DNA of 64,000 bases from positions 1 to 64,000 of the IMG/VR virus record IMGVR_UViG_3300020112_000191; one strand, written 5' to 3'. The position numbers and the translations under genes were made by a program. The stretch's first letter is position 1. Every line of letters starts with the position of its first letter. Origin of the DNA: a virus. Lineage: Duplodnaviria; Caudoviricetes. The notes below the pieces were generated by a model. That model searched no databases. It saw only the letters and a list, made by a program, of their open reading frames with translations, and had not been told where the DNA came from. Below, piece by piece: positions 25,566 to 35,863 of this stretch.

Positions 25566-28511
25566 ATGGAAGAAACAGGACTTAAGCTTGTTGATGTTGA
25601 ACAATACAACAAGAAGATAGCTAATATGCAGAAGCGATTGGACAACTCCAGGGAATTCTTCAATGAGGTTGCTGATCTATTCCGATGCAAGTATAATGAT
25701 ATTTCTGAATTTGTAGCGAAAGCTCATGCAGAAGGTAAGACTGTAGACCTTCGTATGTATCTTATGGTTGAAGCACATTTGATCCAGAGAATCAATGAAA
25801 CGCTGAAGATCCTTGAGAGGTACGGAGAGAAAGTAGAGTACATAAAGTATGATTATAATAAACTCTGGTTCTAATGGGAAATAAGTATAAATACGCAGAT
25901 CTGAAGATCATGTGGCACTATGGCTGTGAAGAAGATCACATTTTTGTTGGTATTGGTATAACTGAAGATGAACCAAATGACTACATGATTAGTTACTATT
26001 TTGAGGATTACGAAGAATTGCTTGATTCTCTTAATTGGTGCGATACAAATCACGATTTCTACACAATTGCCATTGATGGCGTATATGAAGAAGTATGACA
26101 AATAAGGAATTCACAAATCTCTGCAAAGAATTGGATCTTACATTGATGAAGAAGACTGTGATGATTACGATGCCTACTCAGACATCGCTTTGTGCATTCT
26201 TTTATGTAAATGGACGGCTTCATTCTATAGAAAAGAAATCTAATTGCAGAACAGCTCATTTGCACGAAAATTACAATAGATACTGCCGGTTTAGAACTAT
26301 CTACAGCGATAAATCTATTGCAAATTTCACGAATAGAGTAAAGGACGTAATGAATTTAGGCAATGTTGAACTTAATCTAGCTTACTAATGGGAAAGATCG
26401 GTTTTAAGCAAGACACAACCAAAGATGTTGAGAAGGTTTATAAGACTCTTAAGGCCTACAATAAGGCTCTCGATAACCTCAAGACTAAGGATCCAGATAA
26501 GTACGAAGAAGTATTAGCGACAATCGAAAAAGAAGAGAATCCAGAAGAGGAAGAGGGCTCACTTGTTCAGCCAGTAACAACTCTGGAGATTGCTGGTGCT
26601 ATATATTTCTTCAAGAGACTTATGAAGGGCAAAGATCAGGTATCAGAGATATTTGGTACACAGTTTATTAACACAGATTATACACCAATCCAGGAGGCTG
26701 CTGTAAATAACGTAGATGGACACAGCGAATCCGTAGAAGTAGAAGAAGATGGCGAAGAAGATTAAAACAAATAAGTACAGAATCATTCTAAATATGACAT
26801 CAGAGTATTATGGTGGCAAGCCAATTCTGAATAAGTCGTTTGAGTTTGAATCAGAAGAGAATTTAACAAATCTTAGAGCTTTGTGGACTTTCTATTTTGC
26901 TGGTTCACAGACAAATTGGCGTATCGAAAAAATAGAAGACAATGAATGATGATGTAATTTCAGAGGCACTGCAGCAATTTTACGATGACATTGAAGCCGT
27001 AAAGGTTGATTGTGTCGGTATGAACAAAAGCGATCTTGAGACAGTAAAAGAAGATCTCTCTCATTTTATTAATCTTCTTGATTGCTGGATTGTAGAAGCT
27101 AAAGAGTAAAAAAACAATGGGTGGGCTTAGGCTCACCCTTAACTATTTATTATTATGAATAAACTCATTTGGGATATAGCTATCCTTGATCACAATATAA
27201 ACCAGGTTGTATTGGCAGATGTTGTATTGCCAGCAGATTTCTTCAATCATGGAACTACAGAGGACGTATTAGTCTATCTTGGATTCGATGTAGAAAATTG
27301 CGACTATATGATGTCTCTCAAGGAAACTCACAAAATAAGTGTTGTTAAAAATCATTATAACCTGACAAAGAAATGAAAATATTAATAAAAAATAATGCAT
27401 TCAGCGACGAAAGCTGGAAGAAGAATGGTAAGAATTTCACATTCCTTAACGGCAAATGGGTAGAGCCTCTATTCCGAAAAGTAAAAGATAATGCTGGTAA
27501 CGAATGCTACACAAATATGTTTGATAATCAATTCGTAGTTGATACTCATATTGGTGCAGTTACCGTAATGCAGAACCAAATACTTGCTGTAAAGGACGAT
27601 ATTCGTCAGGATTATTCAGTATCAAAATGGAATGGCAGAGCTTACCTTACAGCTAATTTGATGGACGTAAAGAAGCGCATTGCAGATATGCCTTGCAAAA
27701 AGTGTCACGAATTGAGAAGCGAGACTGACTACTTAGAACTTAAGCACGAAGGTAAGATTTTGAATTTCAAGTTCAAGATTCCAGTAGGATTTCATCATTA
27801 TTGCGCAGCTATTGACTTATTTAAGCACAAGTGCTATAAAGACGAAATGCTTGATTATGGATTTCAGCCAGTGTTGAGTCCTGATATCGAGAAATATGCA
27901 AGCATAATCGACAAATATAAGTTCTATAGCCCAAGATTTGACGATATGTTGGATTACTATAAAGATATATTTCATTTTGTTGTTGGAACATTTCGTTGCA
28001 CTTATGATACAGCTAAAAATACAATATTAATAGAAAACAGACGTAAGAAATTCGCTCATGAAAATGTATCTAAAGCTGTAAAGGAAAACTTATTTAGTTT
28101 CATGCCGCTAGCAAACGCTCCAAAATGTTGGTGTGACTACGAATACAAAATCAGAAGTAAAGTATCAAGCATTCTTATCAGGAAGGAAATATCAATCAAT
28201 GCATTAGCCGAATTTCAGTTGAATGTTTTAGAAGCATTTGTTTATAATATTAACGATTACAAAGAAATTAAATGAAAGTATATACATTGAGAACACTAAG
28301 ATCGTGGACTCAGAAAAATATTTACGTAAAGAGGATTGCCGACAAGGATAATCCTTATGCGATCTTTAAGGAAACTGGTAATGGCGATACATCGTTCATT
28401 ATGAAGGGTAAAAATCTCAAGACGTTGACTGGCATTGTAGATACTATGCGCCGTCAACACATTGAGGAATACGTTCGTGCCAGAAAAGTCATTCATAGAA
28501 GAGCTTACTAA
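25566..28511 (+). other. run of hypothetical ORFs between nrdD and nrdG (25566-25874, 25874-26098, 26095-26388, 26388-26765, 26749-26949, 26942-27109, 27155-27376, 27373-28275, 28272-28511)
   Basis: translationally coupled ORFs without recognisable motifs. Confidence 0.65.
27119..27140 (+). terminator. intergenic hairpin, weak terminator or processing site
   Basis: GGGTGGGC-TTAG-GCTCACCC; same C-TTAG-G loop as the 5478 hairpin. Confidence 0.45.
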
Positions 28512-28975
28512 TGAAATTCCTAAACACAGAAGTATTGCTGAGAGAAATCCCAAACGAGGTCTCTCTTGGCTTTTGGATAAGTGGTTGTCCAAATCATTGT
28601 CATGGTTGCCATTCGCCAGAATTGTGGGAAGACAAAGGCGCAGATTTTGATATCGATCACATTGAGTTCGAGTTACAGAATCACCTGATTGCTCTCCAGG
28701 AACCAATAACTTGCGTTGCATTCATGGGTGGCGATCAAGATCCTCAGAAGGTAATTGAAGCAGCTTATAGAGTAAAGTTCTTGTATCCTAATATCAAAGT
28801 AGCCTGGTATAGCGGCTCAGATTTAGATATAGATCGCCATCTCTATGAGATCTTTGATTATCTTAAGACTGGCCCATATAAAGCAGAATTAGGGCCTTTA
28901 ACAAGTAAAACTACTAATCAGCATTTTTATGTTAACAAAGATGACGGGTTTGAAGAAAGGTTCTTCCATGAATGA
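28511..28975 (+). CDS. nrdG: class III RNR activase (radical SAM)
   Basis: EIPNEVSL..SGCPNHCHGCHS (CxxxCxxC), FMGGD, KTGPY, TTNQ. Confidence 0.92.
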   Translation: MKFLNTEVLLREIPNEVSLGFWISGCPNHCHGCHSPELWEDKGADFDIDHIEFELQNHLIALQEPITCVAFMGGDQDPQKVIEAAYRVKFLYPNIKVAWYSGSDLDIDRHLYEIFDYLKTGPYKAELGPLTSKTTNQHFYVNKDDGFEERFFHE

Positions 28976-29349
28976 TCAGCAGTGGTATTATCTCACTAGC
29001 CTCTTAAGGGTATTTTTCGGTAACGATATCGAAATGCTACAGATGACTCTCTTGGCAGAAGCAAATAGAGACGAGAAAACCATTAAAGAGCTGGCTCATT
29101 CAGTAATTATGTATATTAAGGATTGTATAAATGAATCATACGATGAAGAAGACAATTAAGATGCTCTGGAGGCTCTGGAAAGCTACTCCTTGGAGCGTAA
29201 GCTACAGATCTGTAGTGAAGATATATGGGCAATACAAGTTTGACGATTTCAGTATCCTGTGCAGACGCAGCTGTTCTGGTGGACTTTTCTACACATTGTA
29301 TTTTGTAGTTGGTGATAATAATTATGAATTTTTCTTATGGCAAAGATAA
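28968..29349 (+). other. two small hypothetical ORFs (28968-29159, 29131-29349)
   Basis: overlapping ORFs in the operon. Confidence 0.5.
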
Positions 29350-29804
29350 ATATAGCACTAAAAGAAGGAACTCCGCTTCCATTTCAGAAGCACAAGACAG
29401 ATTTTTGTGTTGATTTTGTAGCAGTATCAGAAGAAGAAGTATCACCTAATGTATGGAAGTATGGCCTTGGTATCAAGATGGATCTCTCATCATGCAAGAG
29501 AATGCACGATTCTAATGATCTTGATGAAATGGTAATATCTTACAGACTGGCTCCTCGTAGTTCAATCTGGAAGACTGGTATGGTACTCTCTAATTCGGAA
29601 GGTATTGTAGATGAAGATTTTCGTGGAGAAATATCAGCTGTATTTTATCATGTAATGCCAGATATGCCTCGCTATAAGGTCGGAGACCGTGTTTGCCAGG
29701 GCTATATTGGCTTTACAATGCCAGTAGAATTTAAGGTGGTAGATGAAACTAAATTATCAAAAACAGCACGTGGTGAAGGCGGTTACGGATCAACAGGCAA
29801 GTAA
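29337..29804 (+). CDS. dut: trimeric dUTPase
   Basis: APRSS, GIVDEDFRGEI, RVCQ, RGEGGYGSTG. Confidence 0.95.
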   Translation: MAKINIALKEGTPLPFQKHKTDFCVDFVAVSEEEVSPNVWKYGLGIKMDLSSCKRMHDSNDLDEMVISYRLAPRSSIWKTGMVLSNSEGIVDEDFRGEISAVFYHVMPDMPRYKVGDRVCQGYIGFTMPVEFKVVDETKLSKTARGEGGYGSTGK

Positions 29805-29880
29805 CCCCTGGATTTGCGATAACGAAACATGGGATGCTCTCGAAGATGGAGCATTCCCTTGTTAAAAATAATTTAAAATT

Positions 29881-30333
29881 ATGTACAATTACGTAGTAAA
29901 AACAATAGGTGTAGAAGATAACATCTCTGCAATGTTCTTCAATACAAAGAAGGAAGCAAGAACTGCATACGACTCAATGTTTGCTGCTCTCATTCCGTCA
30001 ATGACAGATTTCGTTAAGTCTATAGATTACTCAGATAATGCTGATACTGGAGTTTGCGATCTTGAGATAGATTATAAAGATTGCTCTAAATCATCTGTAA
30101 GACTTATTAAGACATCCGATTATATATATGAAGCAGTCTCAGATAAGATTGATGAATTCTACGAGAATAATGTATCCAGATGCGTTATAGAAGGTAACGA
30201 ACAAAAGTATATAGACGAGATTCTCTGTAAAATGAGAGACGAAATCATAGCAAAAGATATTGTTATGGACAAGAGTTTTATAAACGAAGTTGAATACACA
30301 TTTCGTGACGAATTTGATTTCTACGAAGACTAA
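29881..30333 (+). CDS. hypothetical protein
   Basis: 150-aa ORF. Confidence 0.65.
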   Translation: MYNYVVKTIGVEDNISAMFFNTKKEARTAYDSMFAALIPSMTDFVKSIDYSDNADTGVCDLEIDYKDCSKSSVRLIKTSDYIYEAVSDKIDEFYENNVSRCVIEGNEQKYIDEILCKMRDEIIAKDIVMDKSFINEVEYTFRDEFDFYED

Positions 30334-31418
30334 TGGGAGCAATAAGAAACCGAGTATTTAAGACTATTCGAGAGAATAAGAAGAATATCGAGAATGGCGT
30401 AATGAACTGCATTCCTTGGCCAATTCCAAGCATGAGATCAACGATTCCTGGTATTCGCCAGGGAAAGTATTACATGATCACAGCTCAGCAGAAGGTTGGT
30501 AAGACGCAGCTCAGTTGTTTTGTGCTATTTGAGGCTATTTTGTACGCATATAAGCATAAGAGTGATATTCATCTAAAGATATTCTGTTTTCCTCTTGAAG
30601 AGACTCCAGAATTGATTATGGAGAGATTTATCTCGTATGTGCTACATAAGGCCGATTCAAATGTAAGACTTACAGCTACCGATATGGAGTCTATTTCTAA
30701 GGGATTAAGTGATGATTATCTCAATTTGATTACGAAGGATCCAGAGCTTATTAAGCTTCTTGATTTCTTCGAGAGCGTCATTACATTCTCCGAAGAGAGA
30801 ACTCCTACTGGTATCTGGAAAGTGTGTAGTCGCTATGCAGATGAAACTGGCGATATTGAATATGAAGAATATCCAAAGCCAGATGGAACTGTAGGCAAAA
30901 GGAGAGTTGGTTATACTCAAGGAGATAAAAAGGAGTACAGAATTATCTGGGTAGATCACTTAGGTTTACTTGGTACAGATAATTCAGCTCCTACGATTCG
31001 AGAGGCTATTCAACAGATGAGTTCGTTGTATTTCGTAAAATTAAGGAATATTTACAATTTTACGATTTTAGCAGTACAACAGCAAATGGCCTACGATACT
31101 ATAGACGCTTTCAAGCTAGATAAGATTGAGCCTAGTGCAACAAACTTGTCAGATAACAAGGCTACAGCGAAGGATGTCAATACAATGATTGGCCTCTGGA
31201 GTCCTTATATGCTTGGAAAAGATACAATAGCAGATTGTCCAATAAGCTTTAGAAGATTGACTCATTTTGGTCGTATCTTAAAGGTATGCGTTAATCGAGA
31301 TGGTATTTGTGGAGATAGTTATCCTCTATTCATGGATGGTGCTGTATCTTCATTTGAGCCAATGACCGCAGAAACTATAAATGAGCAATATACTAGAGCA
31401 GCAATATTAAGCAAATAA
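30333..31418 (+). CDS. DnaB-like (SF4) replicative helicase
   Basis: AQQKVGKT Walker A, FPLEE, IWVDHLGLL, VQQ, NRDG. Confidence 0.85.
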   Translation: MGAIRNRVFKTIRENKKNIENGVMNCIPWPIPSMRSTIPGIRQGKYYMITAQQKVGKTQLSCFVLFEAILYAYKHKSDIHLKIFCFPLEETPELIMERFISYVLHKADSNVRLTATDMESISKGLSDDYLNLITKDPELIKLLDFFESVITFSEERTPTGIWKVCSRYADETGDIEYEEYPKPDGTVGKRRVGYTQGDKKEYRIIWVDHLGLLGTDNSAPTIREAIQQMSSLYFVKLRNIYNFTILAVQQQMAYDTIDAFKLDKIEPSATNLSDNKATAKDVNTMIGLWSPYMLGKDTIADCPISFRRLTHFGRILKVCVNRDGICGDSYPLFMDGAVSSFEPMTAETINEQYTRAAILSK

Positions 31419-31624
31419 CATTAGAAGAATTTAAATCTAAGTTTTATCATACGTTAGAAAATTTAGCGGTTACAGATAGCATATATTGTAATAAGTCAAT
31501 AGAACTTCTTGCAAATGGAGATGCTAATGTCAAAATTTCGTATGATAAAGCAGAAAACGATTTTATAATAGATAGCTATGCTATTAGCACAGATCCAGAT
31601 TTTCGTTGGGAATGGGTAAATAGC

Positions 31625-32014
31625 GTGTATTTAAATAATAATGACACAAATCCTACAATTAACGACATTAAGTGTATAGCAAATAATACAGTAACTAAAT
31701 ATAACAAAACAATGGAAAATTATAACAAAACAAAAGAAAATATAGAAAATAATAATAAAACAGTAGATAACGTCAACCACCCTAAGCATTATACAAGAGA
31801 GAACGCTATTCAGTGCATTGACGAAATGGTAATGGTATTCGGTATTGAAGAAACAATGCATTTCTGCAAGCTCAATGCCTGGAAGTATCGCTATCGTGCA
31901 GCGGACAAGAACGGTGCAGAAGATATCGCTAAGTCTGACTGGTACATGAATAAGTATAAGGAACTCTCAGATAAGTTGGTTGAGAAGCAGTATGTAACAA
32001 CTATCACTAAGTAA
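31625..32014 (+). CDS. DUF3310 / T7 gp1.7-like nucleotide kinase domain protein (start uncertain)
   Basis: DNVNHPKHY..QCID..FCKLNAWKYRYRA..KNGAEDIAKSDWY. Confidence 0.85.
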   Translation: MYLNNNDTNPTINDIKCIANNTVTKYNKTMENYNKTKENIENNNKTVDNVNHPKHYTRENAIQCIDEMVMVFGIEETMHFCKLNAWKYRYRAADKNGAEDIAKSDWYMNKYKELSDKLVEKQYVTTITK

Positions 32015-32018
32015 TCGA

Positions 32019-32207
32019 ATGACTAATATCAAGACAAATGACTTTGTTAAGATGTTAAAGAAAAATGGCTACTATTCAGTAAGAATGAATGGTAGCCATG
32101 AAATATTCGAGAACAAAGAGGGAGATAGTTTGTGTGTGCCAACTGGTAAGAGAGAGATGTGTGGTCCAATGGCAAAACGATTAATTAAAGAACACAATTT
32201 AAAATAA
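32019..32207 (+). CDS. hicA: HicA-family mRNA interferase
   Basis: VKMLKKNGY..VRMNGSHEIF..VP. Confidence 0.8.
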   Translation: MTNIKTNDFVKMLKKNGYYSVRMNGSHEIFENKEGDSLCVPTGKREMCGPMAKRLIKEHNLK

Positions 32208-32214
32208 ATTAACA

Positions 32215-32583
32215 ATGAGTTATTATAGCGAAGTCAAGCTTAAGGCTGGCGTAAAAATACAGAACAAGGTTGCTGAGATTGAAGCAAAGCACGGACACAA
32301 GTTGTTCGCAAAAGTTAAGGATTCAGAAAGTGATCCAGAATTTAAGATTTACAGCGGTATTGGAAAGTGGTATAAAACAGATCCAATGGTTGCTGAGTTT
32401 ATGCGCTATCTAGAGGATATAGAAGAAGAAGATTGCCTCAATGACGAACCTATGGATATAGAGCGCAATTTCTGTTTCCTTCGCGTTGGAGATGGCATTG
32501 ATTATCAATACGATGATATTGAATATCTTGCTTGTTCTCCATACATGAATACAACATTGAGAGTCGGAATTATAGAAGACTAA
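32215..32583 (+). CDS. hypothetical protein
   Basis: 122-aa ORF. Confidence 0.65.
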   Translation: MSYYSEVKLKAGVKIQNKVAEIEAKHGHKLFAKVKDSESDPEFKIYSGIGKWYKTDPMVAEFMRYLEDIEEEDCLNDEPMDIERNFCFLRVGDGIDYQYDDIEYLACSPYMNTTLRVGIIED

Positions 32584-32739
32584 TATGAAGTTCAAGGTAA
32601 CGTACACAGATAAATTGACTAGCAAGGCTCACGAATTCACTCTTGATGCAGCGAGCCTTGACTATGCCAAATGGCACGTAGAAGGCTATTTTGAGACCTT
32701 TCTAATCGATGCTGACAATGTAACTATAACGGAAGTAAA

Positions 32740-32970
32740 ATGAGCAAAATAATCAAATTTGGAACGCCATGCTGTCCTATGTGTAAGATGATTGGCGAAT
32801 ACATGAAGAAGAATAACATCGAGTTTGAAGATGTAGATATGTCAGATCCAGCAAATAAGCACTATGAAGAGGAATATCAGATTCGTAATATTCCTGTAGT
32901 AGTAATTGATGGAGAGATTTATCGCACAGCTCTAGACGCAAAGAAGGCAATCGATAATCTTTTAAAGTAA
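32740..32970 (+). CDS. glutaredoxin / NrdH-like redoxin
   Basis: CPMC active site; IRNIPVVVIDG. Confidence 0.85.
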   Translation: MSKIIKFGTPCCPMCKMIGEYMKKNNIEFEDVDMSDPANKHYEEEYQIRNIPVVVIDGEIYRTALDAKKAIDNLLK

Positions 32971-32976
32971 TTTAAT

Positions 32977-33195
32977 ATGGAATCAGAGAGATTTAAAGCA
33001 TTCCAGGAAATGGCTACCAAGCTTTGTGAAGAGCAACCAAAGATCAATTTAGCAATGTTTTACATAGATACAATGGAGAGGCTTAATCTTGCTATTTCCG
33101 TAATGCCTATGAAGGTAAGAGCTAATTATTGCAAGTTGATTGCACGTTATGAAAAAGAGATGACAGCTCTTGCAGAAGAGGAAGCAAAAGAGTAA
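32977..33195 (+). CDS. hypothetical protein
   Basis: 72-aa ORF. Confidence 0.6.
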   Translation: MESERFKAFQEMATKLCEEQPKINLAMFYIDTMERLNLAISVMPMKVRANYCKLIARYEKEMTALAEEEAKE

Positions 33196-33200
33196 CTTTG
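33193..33200 (+). promoter_or_regulatory. sigma-A -7 element
   Basis: TAACTTTG ending 15 nt before ATG 33216. Confidence 0.55.
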
Positions 33201-33215
33201 CCGAAAAAATAAATT

Positions 33216-33998
33216 ATGAGTTATACAGATGATGAGTTACTGAAGAAAGTAGCTGCTGCGAAGTATATTGCTGGTAAGGCGGTTGGAGCTGAGAGTAAAC
33301 CTATTAAAGAGAGATACGAGAGAATACAGGGAGGTTTGGCTAATCCAGATCTAGCTCCAGGCGAAATGATCACTGATGGAACTTACGGCACTAATATGAG
33401 CAAGCAAGCTATGTCGGCTATTATTTCTGGTGTAGACGAAGGGAAAAACGGCGATGTAATTACTGAGGGAAGTTTGAATGATGAACAATTAGATTTGTTA
33501 AGAAGAGCTATCGCTATGGATATGTCGCAGAAAGGCGGCAGATCTGGAGTAGTTGATGGAGATAATATAATCCCAGCAATGCTTGGTTATAGTCGAATCG
33601 ATGATGCTGGCAGAGCAAATACCGTTAAGGGAGTATTTGGCGCAGCAAATAATAATATCGAGTCGTTTATACCAAACACATTGGGAAGCTTTGGTTACGA
33701 GATTGATGAAGACGGAAACGCATGGGTGAATGACGTATTTGATTTCTCCAAAACTAAAGATGGCTCAAATCACACAATGGCAAGAAAGATGCTGGGTAAT
33801 TCTCTACAAGAAAAGAATAGCGGAGAGAATTATAATGCTCCACGAAGCGTATTTAATCTGGGTAATATCTATGATTTATTGGGCGAAATGTCTGACAAAA
33901 CAGACTGGACTGGCACAATAAAACAAGGTGATTATTCAAGATTAAAGAAGGGTGAAGCACCAGCTTATCTACAAGAAGAAGATACTGATTGGTTCTAG
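33216..33998 (+). CDS. hypothetical protein, possibly virion-associated
   Basis: 260 aa, Gly/Asp-rich, with its own promoter element and terminator. Confidence 0.7.
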   Translation: MSYTDDELLKKVAAAKYIAGKAVGAESKPIKERYERIQGGLANPDLAPGEMITDGTYGTNMSKQAMSAIISGVDEGKNGDVITEGSLNDEQLDLLRRAIAMDMSQKGGRSGVVDGDNIIPAMLGYSRIDDAGRANTVKGVFGAANNNIESFIPNTLGSFGYEIDEDGNAWVNDVFDFSKTKDGSNHTMARKMLGNSLQEKNSGENYNAPRSVFNLGNIYDLLGEMSDKTDWTGTIKQGDYSRLKKGEAPAYLQEEDTDWF

Positions 33999-34005
33999 TA
34001 ACTCT

Positions 34006-34038
34006 AAAGGGTGGGTAGTTTTACTACTCATCCTTTTT
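34006..34038 (+). terminator. intrinsic terminator
   Basis: AAAGGGTGGGTAGT-TTT-ACTACTCATCCTTTTT. Confidence 0.75.
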
Positions 34039-34180
34039 CTGTATTTAAAAACATTAAAACTATGGTAGATATTATAAAAGAAGTAGAGCGAGATAGGCAA
34101 ATGCTCTACACAAAGAATGAAGTTATTGATTTATTAAACAAACTTAAAGAGCAATTAACAAACAATTAAAAATTAAAATT

Positions 34181-34468
34181 ATGGTAGAAGTAAAAATATA
34201 TGTAAACGAGAAGGTTATTCGTAGAGGTGATGTAGAAAGTGATTATCATTTTCATCATTCAGAGAAATTTTCATCAGCCAAAGCAGCTCAGAAATTCGTA
34301 AAATCAAAGATGAATGACGCTAAATATCGTGGAAAGGAGACTAGCGTATTCATGGGTAAAAAGAAGGACGAAATTTCTAGACTTATAGTATTTACTGGAG
34401 AGCGTTGGATCAACGAAAATTCTGGCGAAGAGTGTTTTGGGTGTACATCTTATTGTATTGAGAAATAA
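34181..34468 (+). CDS. hypothetical protein
   Basis: 95-aa ORF coupled to thyX. Confidence 0.65.
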   Translation: MVEVKIYVNEKVIRRGDVESDYHFHHSEKFSSAKAAQKFVKSKMNDAKYRGKETSVFMGKKKDEISRLIVFTGERWINENSGEECFGCTSYCIEK

Positions 34469-35343
34469 TGAAGCTATTAGATCAAACAATTGAATTTTTA
34501 ACTCCAGAGAATTACACACTTGAGAATTCTCTTAAGATAGCAGAGCTTGCTGGTCGTACAGCTTATAAAAGTGAAGATAAGATTACCGAAGATAGTTACG
34601 AGCGTTTCTGTAACGCAATGAAGAAGAGTCAGCATTTCGCTGTTCTTGAGCATGCAACAATCTATCTGATGGTATTCTATAATTCGCAAGATCAGCAAGA
34701 AGTATTCAAGTATAACAATCTAAAGAAATTCTATACAGAGAATCCTTACAGCTATTGCTACGAAGCTGCCTATGGTAATATTCTGTATATAACTACTAAT
34801 TATCGTGTAATACTTGAGCATAGTCGAGAGGACGATCTTAGATATATAAGTATGCCGCAGGCTCGTCACGTAAAGAGATATACATATAAGTGCATAACTA
34901 ATCGCCAGGTGGCTAATGAGATCGTTCGTCATCGTGCTGGTGCTAGTTATCTCCAGGAATCAACCAGATATTGCGACTATAATAAGGAGAAATTTAACAA
35001 TGAGTTGAATTTTATTAAGCCTTGGTGGTTTGACATTGAAGATGATACGCACACAGATTCTGACAAAGAAACTATTAAGAAGTATCTTGGTCTTGTCGAG
35101 ATGACTTACCAAGGAATGAAAAATCTGTCGGCTCAGGAGAAAGCGCAGATATTGCCATTATCTACTAAGACTGAGATCGTAATGACTCTTGACGAATATG
35201 CATGGGAGCATTTCTTTGATCTTAGATTATTCGGCAAGACTGGCGCACCGCATCCACAGATGAAGCAGCTGGCCGAGATGATTTTTGACGATATGAGAAA
35301 GAGACAATTGATAATGCAAGCGAATACTGACGATAACGATTAG
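34468..35343 (+). CDS. thyX: flavin-dependent thymidylate synthase
   Basis: AGRTAY, HFAVLEH, EIVRHR..SYLQESTRY, AHPQM. Confidence 0.95.
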   Translation: MKLLDQTIEFLTPENYTLENSLKIAELAGRTAYKSEDKITEDSYERFCNAMKKSQHFAVLEHATIYLMVFYNSQDQQEVFKYNNLKKFYTENPYSYCYEAAYGNILYITTNYRVILEHSREDDLRYISMPQARHVKRYTYKCITNRQVANEIVRHRAGASYLQESTRYCDYNKEKFNNELNFIKPWWFDIEDDTHTDSDKETIKKYLGLVEMTYQGMKNLSAQEKAQILPLSTKTEIVMTLDEYAWEHFFDLRLFGKTGAPHPQMKQLAEMIFDDMRKRQLIMQANTDDND

Positions 35344-35347
35344 AGAG

Positions 35348-35770
35348 ATGAAACGTAGTTTTAAGAAGGGATTAGAGAAGCATAATTATTTGGTAATATA
35401 TTTGTCTGTAGGCAATAACGAATATCCGTTTATTCTGGACACAGGCGCACCTTACAACATTTTCAATCCAGAAGTTGTATCTAAGCTGGATAATGAGACT
35501 ATTAATGAGGTGGAGCTATTAGATTCAGATGTAAGCAATATGTTTGGCCCTGGAGCAACTGGGAAGAAAACACCATTTGATAATAAGTATATAAAGTTAA
35601 ACCTTTGGGGAATTGGGTTAATTAGATTTGAGTATTGTGACATGAAGGTAGCGTTTGAGCAATTTAGAAAAATCTTCGGAGAATCACCTATGGGTATTCT
35701 TGGCGGCGAATTCTTCAAGCAACATAACGCATGTATTAGTTACAAAACAAAAACTATAATAATCGATTAA
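35348..35770 (+). CDS. retropepsin-like aspartyl protease
   Basis: FILDTGA, GILGGEFF. Confidence 0.85.
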   Translation: MKRSFKKGLEKHNYLVIYLSVGNNEYPFILDTGAPYNIFNPEVVSKLDNETINEVELLDSDVSNMFGPGATGKKTPFDNKYIKLNLWGIGLIRFEYCDMKVAFEQFRKIFGESPMGILGGEFFKQHNACISYKTKTIIID

Positions 35771-35776
35771 GTCCTG

Positions 35777-35838
35777 AGGGTATTGGCACAAAAAAGTGCT
35801 GATACCCTTTTTTTTTAAACAGAAAAGCATTAACTTTG
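35777..35838 (+). promoter_or_regulatory. terminator (35777-35816) followed by a TAACTTTG promoter element (35831-35838) for the RNAP gene
   Basis: AGGGTATTGGCAC/GTGCTGATACCCT plus T run, then TAnnTTTG. Confidence 0.75.
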
Positions 35839-35863
35839 CCCCAAACATTTAATACGTATTGAA

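Noticed and set aside
29805-29865. Possible fifth hammerhead (CGAAACA followed by a long hairpin) after dut
   Set aside because: No CUGANGA core and no stem I or II; at most a plain hairpin or decayed remnant
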